Source: Octopus sinensis (lineage: Eukaryota). From it: a stretch of DNA of 64,000 nt. The notes beneath the pieces are model-generated. The model was not told the origin of the DNA. It saw only the letters and a list, made by a program, of their open reading frames with translations, and ran no database searches. The stretch lies in assembly GCF_006345805.1 (NCBI RefSeq), contig NC_043002.1, positions 48,980,001 to 49,044,000 on the forward strand, written 5' to 3'. Shown here piece by piece: positions 49,035 to 62,042 of this stretch (within the stretch, counting starts at the first letter, position 1; every line of letters starts with the position of its first letter). A program made the position numbers and the translations under genes.

Positions 49035-49540
49035 TAAGTGTCTTGAGAGAAAGATTGGGTATAAGAGACATCAGATATGATGTGCAAGAGAGAAGACTGT
49101 GCTGGTATGGTCATGTGATGTATATGGATGAGGACGGCTGCATAAAGAAGAGCTGATCTCTAACTGTGGAGGGAACCTTTGGAAGAGGTAGACCCAGGAA
49201 AATATAGGACGCAGTGATCTGTGGATGTTGAGTCTCACAGAGGTGATGACAAGTGATTAAGACCTTAGGTGATTTACTGTGCCTGAGAAGACATGTCAAG
49301 CCAAGTAAAATTATAGTCATGACCAGGGCTGGTGACATGTAAAAGGTGTCTCCACACTGGTGACATGAAAAAGGCACCCACTGCACTCTTAGAGTGGTTG
49401 GCATTAAGAAAATCATCCAGCTGTAGAAACCAAGCCAAACCAGACTGGAGCCTGGTGCAGCTCTCTAGTTTACCAGTTCCAATCAGACTGTCTAACCCAG
49501 ACCAGCATGGAGAATGGACACTAAATGATGATGATGAAAA
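49035..49540 (+). mobile_element. 5'-truncated RTE LINE 3' end
   Basis: LRERLGIRDIRYDVQERRLCWYGHVMYMDEDGCIKKS*SLTVEGTFGRGRPRK, then the family 3' UTR and (GAT)n tail. Confidence 0.85.
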
Positions 49541-49629
49541 TTCAGCATTGATACAACAGATATATGTGGACATTAATTTTTATTTAATTCATTTCAGCCA
49601 TACAGAATACATATTCTTCAGCTGCAGAA

Positions 49630-50140
49630 AATTAGGAGTTGGATTCACTATACAGAAAGACAAAGTGTCAAAATCCACAGATATACATGGCTCAGTATTT
49701 GACACAATCATTATAATGAGACTACCATTAACATAGAACTGTAATACCACTATAATCAGTATATGCTCCATCTACGACAAATCACCATGAAAGCAAGGAA
49801 GTATTCTATAGCCAACTGGCACATTTATTATTCAACAGACTTTGCATAGACAATTGCTGCTTATGGGAGATTTAAATATCAAATTAGGGAAAGGTTATAG
49901 ACATTAGCCCATAGTTATGAGCAAGCATGGTTTAGTGGCTGCAGTGCCAATTGAGGATTTCCATTATTTCAGTGTAATGAGTCTGAACTAGTAACAATAA
50001 ATACCATGCTCAAACATCAACCCCAAAATAAGCATATGATTTATTTCATTCTTAAATTGCAGCAAGGTAACTTGGACAGTCACAGCACTAAAGTTTATAT
50101 ATGGTGAAAACTACTGCACCAATCATCAACTATTAAAATC
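49630..50140 (+). mobile_element. Old RTE-type AP endonuclease relic
   Basis: Across frameshifts: GVGFTI..TTIISxYAP..KEVFYSQL..LLMGDLNIKLG..TINTM..NHQLL. Confidence 0.6.
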
Positions 50141-50779
50141 TCAAGATACTTTCAACATTTAACAGAAGCACAACAGTTGCCTACCAAACTTGTCAAGCTT
50201 GGTACAGAGAAACTCTTCATGCTACTAGTGACAAGGTGTAATTAGAACAAGTGATGAATGAAGCCCTTGACGATGCAAGAAGAGATGAAAACTGACCTGG
50301 AGTGATTGTGTATTTGACAAGTTATGTATAACAAGGTTAAGACTGTCATTGGTAAGCTAATGGAAATATCAAGATTGAACCAAATCTTTCTGAACTGAAA
50401 ATGCTGCTTCAGAGAAATCAGTCCCCAACCAATGAGTGTTAGAAATTAGAAGCACTAGGTCGACTATGACAAACTGTTACAAAAATTACTAAAATCATGA
50501 TGGTGAAAACAAATAACAGAGGAACCACAAAGTGCTATGGACAGAGATAGCTTGAGAGATTTCAAAAAAAGACTAAAAACAATTGGAGGAAGTCCATGGG
50601 AAAGGCCTTGCCATACTAAAAATAAGTTGATAAGAACTGAGTGACTTCAAACAGACTGACTGAATACTTTCAGCCATAGTTCAACATGTCTCATGACAAA
50701 GACCCTGTGGCACATATCAACATTCTACAACACACTGTCAGTGGAGGAATTACTGAGGGCAATAATACACTGTGGGCTT

Positions 50780-52600
50780 GGTGCTTTACAACCAGCAGTT
50801 GCCGAACTTCAGGATCATTTTCATCAAATCAGTCTTTGTGTCTGGTAACAGCACATTGAAAAACCTGGTCTTTAAAATCTTCCCACGCTGTAGTATTTTC
50901 AATGCTGGATAAATGATTCTGAAGCTCTTTCCTCACCAAAGCATCATATATCTTATTGATATTCAGATGCTGAGGAATGCCAACTGGCCCTCTTCTTTCT
51001 TTCATTCAGATCATTGTCCGGAACTTTGCTTGCACCAAGCTGTGGTTTCATCCAGCACTCCAAACCATGAAAGGACTTGACGTTACAAATATCATAGATG
51101 TCACACTTGTGAATGTTGACATAATCTAGCAAGTGCCAAACTTTAGACCTTGTGTACATCTATATTGTTGTGTTATTACCACTGTGCATAAAATGAGTGC
51201 TTGCGATGTAAAGTCTGTATTCCTCACAAAGTTCCAGAAGCATGAAACCATTGTTATTCATCTTCCCTATACCAAAATGTCCAAGAGAGTTCCATGTCTG
51301 CCTATCTGTTCCAGCCCTGGCATTGAAATCCCCAGTAGAATGACTTTATCAGAATTGGGGATTTTCCTAAGCATGGCTCTCAGCTGGGTATAGAAATTAG
51401 TTTTATCTTCATCACAACTGGTCAAAGTAGGTGCATAGGCACTTATTAAAGTAGCGAACTGCTCACCTTTCAGGTGCAAATGCAGAGTCATTAGATGAGC
51501 ATTTATAGGAACAGGAAGTTCCTCCAACTTCTTAAGGATTTCGGATCGAACTACAAAGCCAGCTCTAGCCTCTCTATGCTCCTCCTCTGATTTCCCCTCC
51601 CAAAAGAAGGTGTATCCACTTCCTACCTTCTCAAGCTGACCATCACCTTTTATTATACAAGTCTCTGAAAGGGCAGCTATATCAGTGTCGTAATGGTTCA
51701 ACTCATGAACAATAAGTGCAGTGTGTCTTTCAGGCCCACTGTCACTCATGTTATACAGCAAACAGAGTGTGCACATTCCAACATGAAATATTCAAGTTCC
51801 AACCAGATTCTCTGTTTTTCGAGTGCAGAATGGGCATCTGTCAGTCACACTAAACTGACTAGATTGAGTAAGACAGGCAATTTTTGGTTCACCTTTTCTA
51901 GAATCTCCCTGGACTCCAGGTCAGCAGTGTCCTCCCCAAATAGAGCTCCATGGACACCCATGCAGCAACTGAATTCCATCGCTGTCTTGAGTGACAAGGA
52001 GATGACTTATATCTAGCATGGGCCACCTACATGCAGGTCACTGAATATATGCTTCCAACATGTCAGGCCTGGGAAAAAGTCAGCAATGCCTGTGCAAAGT
52101 TTTAGGTGCAATAAGGCTTGCATGACACCTTGTAGACCCTCTCCACTCTATTGACATTATCCAGATACAAGCTGAGGCAAGATGTCTGGTGCCAATATGA
52201 GTTGCAGGCTCAGGGATGTGGGAGTGCCATGATCTCAAGCATTAGCAAAAGATGCCCAAAATGTCCAATACTACTCCCTGCATATCTGGTTTTATATCAG
52301 AGTAGCCTTCTCCTAGAGACATGCTTCAACAAGAACTAAGGGGTACCTCCCTCCCAGTGGTCTTCTAGCACATGAGACACCATCCTGGAATTTCTGCGCG
52401 CTTTGCTAGATAGTCGTTGAACTTGCACTAGGTTCATCTGACCTTTTAATAGGTCTTGTCTTTAGTCCTGCTGGGTTTCTAGCAACCCTCCTCACTAGGC
52501 TAGCCTGGTGGGGGTGCCTGTCTAATCACCAACAATCCAACCATGCAACAGGTTGTACTGGGTTCCATGTTACCAGAAGCACCCATGAGAGCTTCACAAG
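50780..52600 (-). mobile_element. RTE (BovB-like) LINE 5' portion: 5' UTR plus AP endonuclease, disrupted
   Basis: PERHTALIVHELNHYDTDIAALSET..GSGYTFFWEGKSEEEHREARAGFVV..LMTLHL..ATLISAYAPTLTSCDEDKTNFY..DKVILLG; downstream frames give WEDFKDQVF and D(W)FDENDPEV-like text. Confidence 0.9.
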
Positions 52601-52638
52601 TGACATAAATACATACATACGTACAAGTGACCTGACAT

Positions 52639-52640
<2 letters not shown>

Positions 52641-52719
<79 letters not shown>

Positions 52720-52735
52720 GAGATAGATAGATATA
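52641..52735. repeat. (TA)n-(TAGA)n compound microsatellite
   Basis: Direct reading of the sequence. Confidence 0.95.
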
Positions 52736-53679
52736 GTGGGTGGTGGCACTAGGAAGAGTATCTCACTAATGAAGCCAATCCAGCATGAAAGATGGATGTT
52801 AAAAGATGATCATGATGATGCATGTGTGTATGTGTGTGTATGTTTGTTTATATATATATCTATATCTGTATATATATATAAATATATATATAACAAATGA
52901 AAAACAGAAGATGGAATATATGAGAATATATTATTAATCACAACAATATACATACATATATATATATATATATCTGAATTCCTTCTGACCCATGCTTGCC
53001 AAAGGAATTCATTGAGGCAGAATTTCGACCGGTGGATGCCTTTCCTGTCACCAACCCGCCTTTGTTTCTAAGGAAGGTAATAATTCCTTATAGCTGGACA
53101 TGTGATCATTGTAGATTTGAGATGAATAACATTACCTCTATGATGCTAATATTTTTATTTAGAACTATTATTCACTATCAAGATGAAGAGACACAAACAC
53201 ACACAGGCATGCATACTTTTGCACCCTCACCTCCCTTACAAACATACACACAGACGCATTCAATGAGCTCTCTTCAGTTTCTCTCTACTACTAAATCTAT
53301 TCAGAAGACTTAGCTGAAGACACATACTCAAGACACTGCACAGTGGAACTGAACCTCAAAATTAAAACACAGGGTTAACCACACAGGCATGTCTACACTA
53401 CACCAGATCAGCAGTCATGAACTGCTTGTCAGGTTTTAGTTAACTGATTTTTATAACTATTAAATAATCAAATAATTAATTAACTTAAACATTTTCTGAT
53501 ACTCCACAACATATTATTGTCATCTTGTAAACAAAGGCTTTTAGAAACTTGCTCAACTTATTACAAATTCTGGTCTTTTCTCATTGTTTCCATTTATTTT
53601 AAACAAATATTCATCTTCTCTAATATTTATTAAAACAGACAGAAATATTTCTAGCATGTTGCTAGTGTTGATATCTTAT

Positions 53680-53976
53680 CTTTTACTTGTTTCAGTCATT
53701 GGACTGCTGCCATGCTGGAGTACTACCTTGAAAATTTTAGTTCAATGAATGGGACCCAGTACTTATTTTTTAAAGCCTGATATTTAGGTTTTTGATTTTC
53801 TTTGCTTAAGTGATGAAGTAGAGGCATGTAAACAAATCAACACTGGCTGTAAAGCAGTGGTGGGGAACAGACACAAATACAAAAATGCACACACACATAC
53901 ACACACACATGTATATACACACACACACGAGTGTGTTCGTATTTATGTATATATATATATATATGTGTATATATAT

Positions 53977-54048
<72 letters not shown>

Positions 54049-54468
54049 CACCCATGCCAACCCCCTTTGCTGTTGAGAAGACATGTTGGGGCAAGCGAAA
54101 TCGAAATCGAAATCGAATTGAACCAGCCAGGATCCCTGGTCTGGTGGTACGTAAAAAGCACTATCCGACTCGTGGCCGATGCCAGCACCGCCTCGACTGG
54201 CTTCCGTGCCGGTGGCACATAAAATACACCAATCCGACCGTGGTCGTTGCCAGCCTCGCCTGGCACCTGTGCAAGTGGCACGTAAAAAGCACCCACTACA
54301 CTCACGGAGTGGTTGGCGTTAGGAAGGGCATCCAGCTGTAGAAACATTGCCAGATTAGACTGGAGCCTGGTGCAGCCTTCTGGCTTCCCAGAACCCCGGT
54401 CGAACCATCCAACCCATGCTAGCATGGAGAACGGACGTTAAACGATGATGATGATGATGATGATGATG

Positions 54469-54501
<33 letters not shown>

Positions 54502-54593
54502 GAATTAGAGATAAAACCACTATGATGCAACTCAAACAGTGATAGACATAAACCAATAAATAAATAACAAATAATATATATATAATTAATATA

Positions 54594-54642
<49 letters not shown>

Positions 54643-54760
54643 CTTTTATTCAAAAAGTATAAAATGAATGATAAATATAATATAAGTAATTATACTAAAT
54701 TGAACTTTTCCCTGTAAGTTTGGAGTTATACTCCCTAATATATTTTATATATATATATAT

Positions 54761-54792
<32 letters not shown>

Positions 54793-54804
54793 ATATATAT
54801 ATAA

Positions 54805-54845
<41 letters not shown>

Positions 54846-55020
54846 TGTACACACACACAATACAATAGGCTTCTTTCAATTTCCCTTCACCAAATGCACT
54901 CACAAGGTTTTAGTCAGCCCAGGACTGCAGTAGAAGACACTTATCCAAGTTGCCACACAATGGGATTGAACTTGGAATCATGTGGTTGAGAAGCAAACTA
55001 CTGACTACACAGCCATGCTT
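53680..55020 (-). mobile_element. Family A bipartite SINE split by nested insertions in its central microsatellite
   Basis: Tail at 53680-53885 and head at 54865-55020 lie in the same orientation, separated by (CA)/(TA) tracts that contain an RTE fragment and an unclassified repeat. Confidence 0.65.
54047..54470 (+). mobile_element. Young RTE 3' UTR fragment with (GAT)n tail
   Basis: CpG-rich copy of the RTE 3' UTR with tandem GGCACGTAAAAAGCAC units; ends GGACGTTAAAC(GAT)n; (TA)n on both sides. Confidence 0.9.
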
Positions 55021-56195
55021 GTACCTAAGAATATCTCCAAGTTATATTTTTCATTTCACGAGTCACTTCTTTCAATTGAATATCTGTTCCAATGTCCATC
55101 AATATGAATATATTGATATCTGATACATTAATATGGGCAGAGGACTATCATAGCTATGGATAACTATCTCTAAGTTTGATAGTGAGCAATGAGAAACATA
55201 GTTATTTTTCAATACAGCTGCAGAAAAGAATTTATACTAGGCTTTATGGAAAACAAACATGACGCTAGGGATTCCAAATTGCTGAGCTAATCCTGAACTG
55301 TCCTAAAGATTCAAACTTAGAACCTAAGTTTACATTCGATAGCTCTGCTGACATTTCCATCTCTTGCCAGCTAGAATTTGCTTTTATAGCATTCTTGCAG
55401 AGAGATGTATGATAAGCTAAAAGTATAACACAGTTGTAGCCAGAGCATATTCAGTTTGTTTTCTTTATTGACCATTTATTCAGAGATACCTTAATCCTAA
55501 AGCTATTAATTCTGGCTTTTATTAGTATCTGCAGTTCTTCACATTCAGTGCTTCCATTTGCATGACGAATTTTTCTGTGATCCATCAACATAGTTAGTGT
55601 TTGTCAGGACAGATAGTGAGTTTATCTCCTTGCCATAAACACCCAAACAATCTACTTGGGCTTCATGTACTCTTTGGAGATCAACTGATGCCTGCAAAGA
55701 TAGACATCTTCATAGAGTTAAGGTCAATTGCTATGTAAAGTGACCAGCATTAGTTGAAAACTCAGGTAGTTAACGATGGAAGTGAAGAATATAAAATTGT
55801 TTCCATCAAAGTCTAAATTGAATGTTTATATCTTGGTAATAAAACTATCCTGTTCTGAACTGCTAAGCTATTTCTGCTTTGTCAGTTATGAAGATTATCA
55901 CCAATGATAACAATTTGCAGAATGCTGCTTTGCTATGAAGACTAAGGGAAGCAAGTGATTTTTCAGCATGATGCAAGTGATCAGTCATAATACAAACAGC
56001 CACATGTGTCTCTCTAACTTAGTTTCAGAGATTCAGAGCTAATCGCATTAAACCTCACTGACACACTTGCTGTTGTAACCCAGTTATCTTATTATTTCAT
56101 TTCCTGTTAATATTGTTGAGTTGGTTAACAAAAGCAATGCACCAAATATCTACATAATGCATTGTAGCAACTATCAACCAGGATAGCAATGTACT

Positions 56196-56227
<32 letters not shown>

Positions 56228-56873
56228 GAAACTCAGAAAGGTTAATAGCATCAAATATATTTCATGTTATTCTGGTTTGACAAATGACAGTGTCAATATA
56301 ATACAAATATTTTAGTGTAGTCTGTTAAATAAGTCATCTCTTGTGTTGCTGAACTTACAAAATAGCAATGAAATATTGTTCTGAAAATAGTTTAAAATTT
56401 CATCACAAATGAATCAGAATATTGAACTTATATATATATGTTTTTCTTTTTCTGTGTATGTGTGCATGTGCATATGTGTGCATGTGTTTGTATATATGAA
56501 TGTATGTGTATGAGTGTGTATACAAAATATTAAATGATAATTATCAATGTTGCATTTCTGAGTGGTTTACAAGTTTGCTTTGTAATTATGCGGATTCAGG
56601 TTCAATTCCACTGTTTAAAATCTTTACAAGAGCCTTGAGTTGACCTAAGCCTTGTGAGTGAAACTGGGCAGACAAAAACTATACAGAAGCCAGTTGGCAA
56701 TTATCTTATTAATATTTTTTGTTGTGTATTAGCCAACACAATATATCAGTTGGCAATTGTATTATTAACACCTTTTACTGTAAACAGCCAACACAAATAT
56801 CATGTGTGGTAATAAATATTAAAGGTTTATGAGTCAGCTTCAACTATTATCCACACAGCCAATGACATTCTGC

Positions 56874-57563
56874 TAGAAACATGGCTAATAGGGGAGCAAG
56901 GGCAGTGATCACCACCACTGAGCACATTTTTCAAAATTGGCACCTTTTCAGTAACTTCCTTTATCTCTTTAGTTCATTTGTGCAATAAAAATCAAGTCAC
57001 ATTTTTTTTTACTCCCATACCTTTGAAACAACTTTCTGGAGTCATTACTTTATTTAACCAACTGCCTGTATTTTTCAACTGTCTGATCAATCCCCTGTGA
57101 TATGTCAGTGGCCACTGACACTTGAAGAACCAAAATAAACAAACCCCCATTTCATAATCTCTCACCACTGGATGATATTGTGGAGTTTCATCTACTTCAT
57201 GTCATATCTATATCAGTATTTGTAAGTTTCATACATAACGACATTGTTGCTGAAACATGAAATTAATGAATACAGTTACGTTTATTACAACTAATGAAAT
57301 ATTTTGTGTAATATAAGAGAAATTAGTTAAAAATACTATGCCTAAATAGGAATAATAATAAAGCAGAAGTGAAGACTAAGTATGTAATGCATATGGTTAA
57401 TTAGCAAAAATAATATCATACCCAAATATATCAATATCTGTTTCTACAAATAATTCCACATCAGGAATCTTGCAAAACGAGTTAAAAATTGTTTGGTATG
57501 TGCTACGGTACCTTTTTTCAATGTGCTCACTCCCCCTAACTTTAGAACCTGGCTATGCCTCTG
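56874..57563. mobile_element. Possible non-autonomous TIR element, decayed
   Basis: The right end reads CAGAGGCATAGCCAGG on the minus strand and the left end TAGAAACATGGCTA; subterminal GAGCACATT..AAAA..GG(C/T)ACC appears at both ends in inverted orientation. Confidence 0.35.
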
Positions 57564-58505
57564 CATTCCACATGTACACTGTAGCAATTATAATAAAGCC
57601 ATCCATTATAACAATGATGGCTCAGACATTAACCAGCTGAACATGAGCAACCAAGCAACCCTGTGATAAGCTCAACAGTACAAGTTAATTCAATGGGTAG
57701 GTAATTCATTTGATAAAACTATTGAATATTTATAACTGAAACTGACTGGGATCCATTTTCTGGACTTACTTTAAGAATATTGAATATCTGTGTGAGTTTA
57801 TGCATAATGGATGAAAATATGTGAATTTAAAACCAAGATACATAGCTTGCTAATAAAAATAATTTATTTTGTAAAATTCTGTAAAATCTGTTTAAGGATC
57901 AGGATGTAGACAACCAAACTAACAATTTAGCTTGCAAATGAAGAAAGAAGTTTTAATCAGTAGATTAAAGACAAAACCTTAGTAAAGTACAACACACTAT
58001 GGGTTAACACAAGCTATTTGAGCTAATTATTGTCTTAGCTATTCCTTCTGAAGAGGTGTTTAGGAAGTTTGGAGAAAGAGATGTCCATCTAAAGAGAAGT
58101 GTAGAACACTGTTGGTAGTCTGTGTGGTCTGAATAGTAGCTTTTTCTAGAAGACCTATTTATAAGCTGGTATTTTAAGAACCTCATGGATCACTTTAGTT
58201 GAAGTGAGGTGAGGGTAGTATGGTACCAGATGATACCCAACCAAAAGCTGAAGTTAACATAAAATGTAAAGCATACCCAAGAGATATACGTGAGAACATA
58301 TGTGTTTGTGTATATGCTTACATATATGCTTACATACATGTTTGTATATGCATACATACATGTCTGTAGGCTTGTGTATGTGTGTCCATGCATGTTTGCA
58401 TGCCTGTGCATGTGTGTGTATGTATATATATGCATGTTTATTGTTGTTATTCGTTAGAGCTCCTGCCCATTTGTATATTACAAATTTGGTTACTGTTTCC
58501 TGCAG

Positions 58506-58574
58506 TTTAAGCAACTATATAGAGGTTCCTTTGATGACATGAAACTTCCTGATGATTCACATACTGTGATTTGA
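58506..58574 (+). CDS. Candidate terminal exon coding portion
   Basis: tttggttactgtttcctgcag|TTTAAG...; phase 0 reads FKQLYRGSFDDMKLPDDSHTVI*, phase 2 reads LSNYIEVPLMT*. Followed by unique UTR-like sequence with AATAAA at 58706-58711. Confidence 0.35.
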   Translation, partial: FKQLYRGSFDDMKLPDDSHTVI

Positions 58575-59204
58575 GGATAGTAATGTTGTATTCAGGTGTT
58601 ATAATGAGATATTTAGATATTTAGGTATTTGAAGATGTTGGACATATTGCAGATCTATACGGGTCAAAGCTGACACTTCACATATTTAAGTGGTGCCTGA
58701 GGTTTAATAAATATTTTCTTTTGATATATAAATGAAGTACATCAAGCTTGTTAAATTTGTGATTCATTTCAAATTGCTGTGATTGGTTGCTATTTGAATA
58801 TTTCATGCTTATCGAGTGTACACTCTCTTAAAAATTAGCTTTTGATTTTATTTTAATGATAGTAAAGAGCAGGAATGGAAAGATTTAACACCTACATTGA
58901 ATTGGTAGTGTAAATGTATGAAAGTTCATATATTAGCTCACTAAATTTAACATCTTACTATAGTTCCTTCCAAGAATTGACTTGCCCTTGTCAGCCTAAG
59001 TAACTCATGAAATGTATATTACATGTAATGAGTAAATCTTATCATGAGTTTCTATTTTGCTTTCCATGATGAACTGACACAAGCATGGCTGAGTAGTAAG
59101 AAATATGGTTTCCAACCATACTGTTTGGAAAAGTGTCTTCTACTATTGCCCCAGGCCAACAAAAGCCTTGTGAGTGGATCTGGTAGATAGAAACTGAAAG
59201 AAAT

Positions 59205-59460
59205 CTAATGAATGAATGAATGAATGAATGTATGTATGTATGTCTGTATGTATGTCTGTATGTATGTATGTCTGTATGTCTGTATGTATGTCTGTATGTA
59301 TGTATATCTGTATGTCTGTATGCATGTATGTCTGTATGTATGTCTGTATGTATGTATGTATGTCTGTCTGTATGTATGTATGTATGTATGCATGTATGCA
59401 TGCATGCATGTGTGTGTGTGCATGCATGCGTGTGTGTGTGTGTATGCGTGTGTGTGTGTT
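59205..59460. repeat. Compound (TGAA)n/(TGTA)n/(TCTG)/(TG)n microsatellite
   Basis: Direct reading; partial 12-bp periodicity TGTATGTATGTC. Confidence 0.95.
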
Positions 59461-61406
59461 TCTTTGCCTAGACATTATGTGATAATTGTCAGCAAGTGTC
59501 ACCATCATATGAGCTATGTTCCTAATGTTCAATCTTCTGCATGCCCAGTTATGGGGAAATTTTACCTTACTTGCTAACGAGAGTTAGCTACAGTAAGAGC
59601 CATAGAAAATCTGTCTGAACAAATTCCGTCAGACACATGCCAGCATGAAAAAATGGACAATAAAAAGATGATGATAATGTAGTGTCCCCTATGAGAAAAT
59701 ATAGCTGTGTTCTTGTCTTAACTCTCTTGCATTAGTCACTTCTTTCATGAAAATAGACTTGTCATAAACTCATGTCTTCTTTGCTTAATGTAACAAAAAC
59801 TGATAATAAACACTCTTCTATTGGTTTATGGCACACAAAGTGTCTTTTGAAGCTGTTGATACCTGGAGTTGCTGCTTTTCATAGGAACACAGTGGCTTTT
59901 GGGATTTAAACCTTCACTCACCATTAAAATTGAAACAATACTAAAATTTACTTAACAATTTGGTAAATGGGAAATGTATAGAGACCATTTTATGTAAATG
60001 GGTGTGTGTGTGTGTGAGTATTTATATTCCTTCATCCCACCATTTGACAACCAGTGTTGGTTTGTTTACATTCCTGTTACTTAGTAAATAACATCAAGAG
60101 ACCAATTGAATAAAAAGCAGACTTAAAAAATAAGTATTAGGGTACAATTTTTTTGACTAAATTCTCTAACATGGTTAGAGTCTTGTAACTTAAATAAGCA
60201 CAAAATTAAAAAATAAAAAGTAATAGTTTCTTGACTGAAGAATCTTGGATCAGTTGATTAGATTGATCCAAGTGCATGATAGATGTTTGTTTTATCGATC
60301 CTGGTGAGATGAAAGTCAAAGATGAACCCTGAAAAATTTGAACTCATAACATATAAGGTTAAAATAAATATCACAAGGCATTTTGCTCAATACTCTAATG
60401 ATTCTGTCAAACTATTATCTTGTAGTGGACATTTGATTAGGGATGTTGCTAAAATTAATAATTGCTTTTAATTTATAGCAAGAATTAGCTTTAATTTCAC
60501 CCGATGGACATGAATTTGCTGTAGCTTAAGCATGTATACATAATTAAATAATAATCCCAGTTGCAGCAAGAATTAGCAATTATTTTTAACCAAGTGACAT
60601 GAATTTCAGATAACTGTCATTAATTCACAATAGTTTGGGCTGTCTTGTCTAAATTAACATAAAATTTTGGCTAAGTAGTATGAATTAGCAATAGTTTCAA
60701 CTGAAAAACTAAAACTAGCATTAGATTTGACTACATAGAAATGAAGAGTTGCTAACTAAATAAAGATTAGCATTACTTTCCATTATATGATACAAGTTAT
60801 TAGATTTTGTGAAAAAAAATCAGAATTATTTTCAGGTGTGTAGAAGGAGTTAACAATAATCTGAAACCTAGATTAAAAAAAAAGTCATTTAAAAATACAA
60901 AAATTAGATAAAGTATATCAAGTTAACGTGATTTCTTACATTTATATTGCATATCTTCCAGCAGGGTGATTGCAACCAGTACTTTAAACGTTATTCAAAT
61001 TTGTATTTCGTCAGGAAACTTATCTGTCACAAATGTCTCATGCTAGCTGATTGATAAGAAGTTTTCTATACTTACAGTTACCCTTGAGATAACAAATCAG
61101 CTCTCAACATTGAATATTATTTTGACTTCTCTATAGTGCTTACAACATTTAACTATTATATTATTGATTCGATGAACTAAATAATATTATATATCTCTTC
61201 TGTAATGAAGAGCAGGTATATTGGGTTAATAGGGCATTACATGACTGTTGGGTGGATTGCAAGTTTGGCCTTACGCTGGTACAATGCAGTGTTTATGTCT
61301 TAAACACTTCAGAAGTTCTCTCAATCAGTATATTTAACTGTAAAGAAAGCACCATAAGATGGAAGATGTAAGAAAAGAGTGAAAATTGTGACTAAATATA
61401 TATATA

Positions 61407-61564
61407 CAGGGTGTGTAAGGTATTTTAGGACATACCTTTTTTGGGTCATTGCTGCATTTTTTGCTAACTCTGTATAATCTTTGGTTCAGAAAATAATAAT
61501 GGCAGACCCTCAGATTACTCAAGAAATGAAGAAGTATGCTGTTACAGTGGTTATAAGAGCTCAG
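61407..61564 (+). mobile_element. 5' end of a Tc1/maT-like element
   Basis: TA|CAGGGTGTG start; reading MADPQITQEMKKYAVTVVIRAQ resembles the N-terminus of the maT-like relic at 32463. Confidence 0.5.
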
Positions 61565-62042
61565 TGAAAAATCCAGTTGTTTATGCTCCACAGATCTGGT
61601 TGCTTTCACAGAATGTTCTCCATCAGATGTTTCAGAACATTACAGTAGAACTCTCAATTGATGATCTGATCCTGAGGGATGAATTCTTGTTACACAGTAC
61701 CACATTTCTAGGAGTGACACTTGTGGTAGGCCTTTCCGATCTCTCATTGTCTTCCAGGGATGTTCTACTTTTGAAGCACCCATGCCACTGGAAACACAGT
61801 GTATGACCCATTGTCTCTTTATCATAAGCTTGCTGAAGCATACTCAATATCTCTGTAGCAGACTGCCCAAGTTTAACACAATTTCACATTGGCTCTTTGT
61901 TCCATATACAACAAACATAGCAATGTCACTCAGCACACTGCCTCATGATGGTCACTATTAGCTCTCATTGCACATGTAATCATGTGCTAGCATCTGTTGG
62001 TGCACTACAGAACTAGTCTGGGAACTTTTTGATACCACCTTG
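61565..62042 (-). mobile_element. Mariner 5' end with N-terminal transposase relic
   Basis: TIR GTCTGGGAACTTTTTGATACCACCTTG|TA, same family as 31188-32337. Minus strand: MEQRANVK../KLGQSATEILSMLQQAYDKETMGHTLCFQWH..SRTSLEDNERSERPTTSVTP. Confidence 0.9.
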
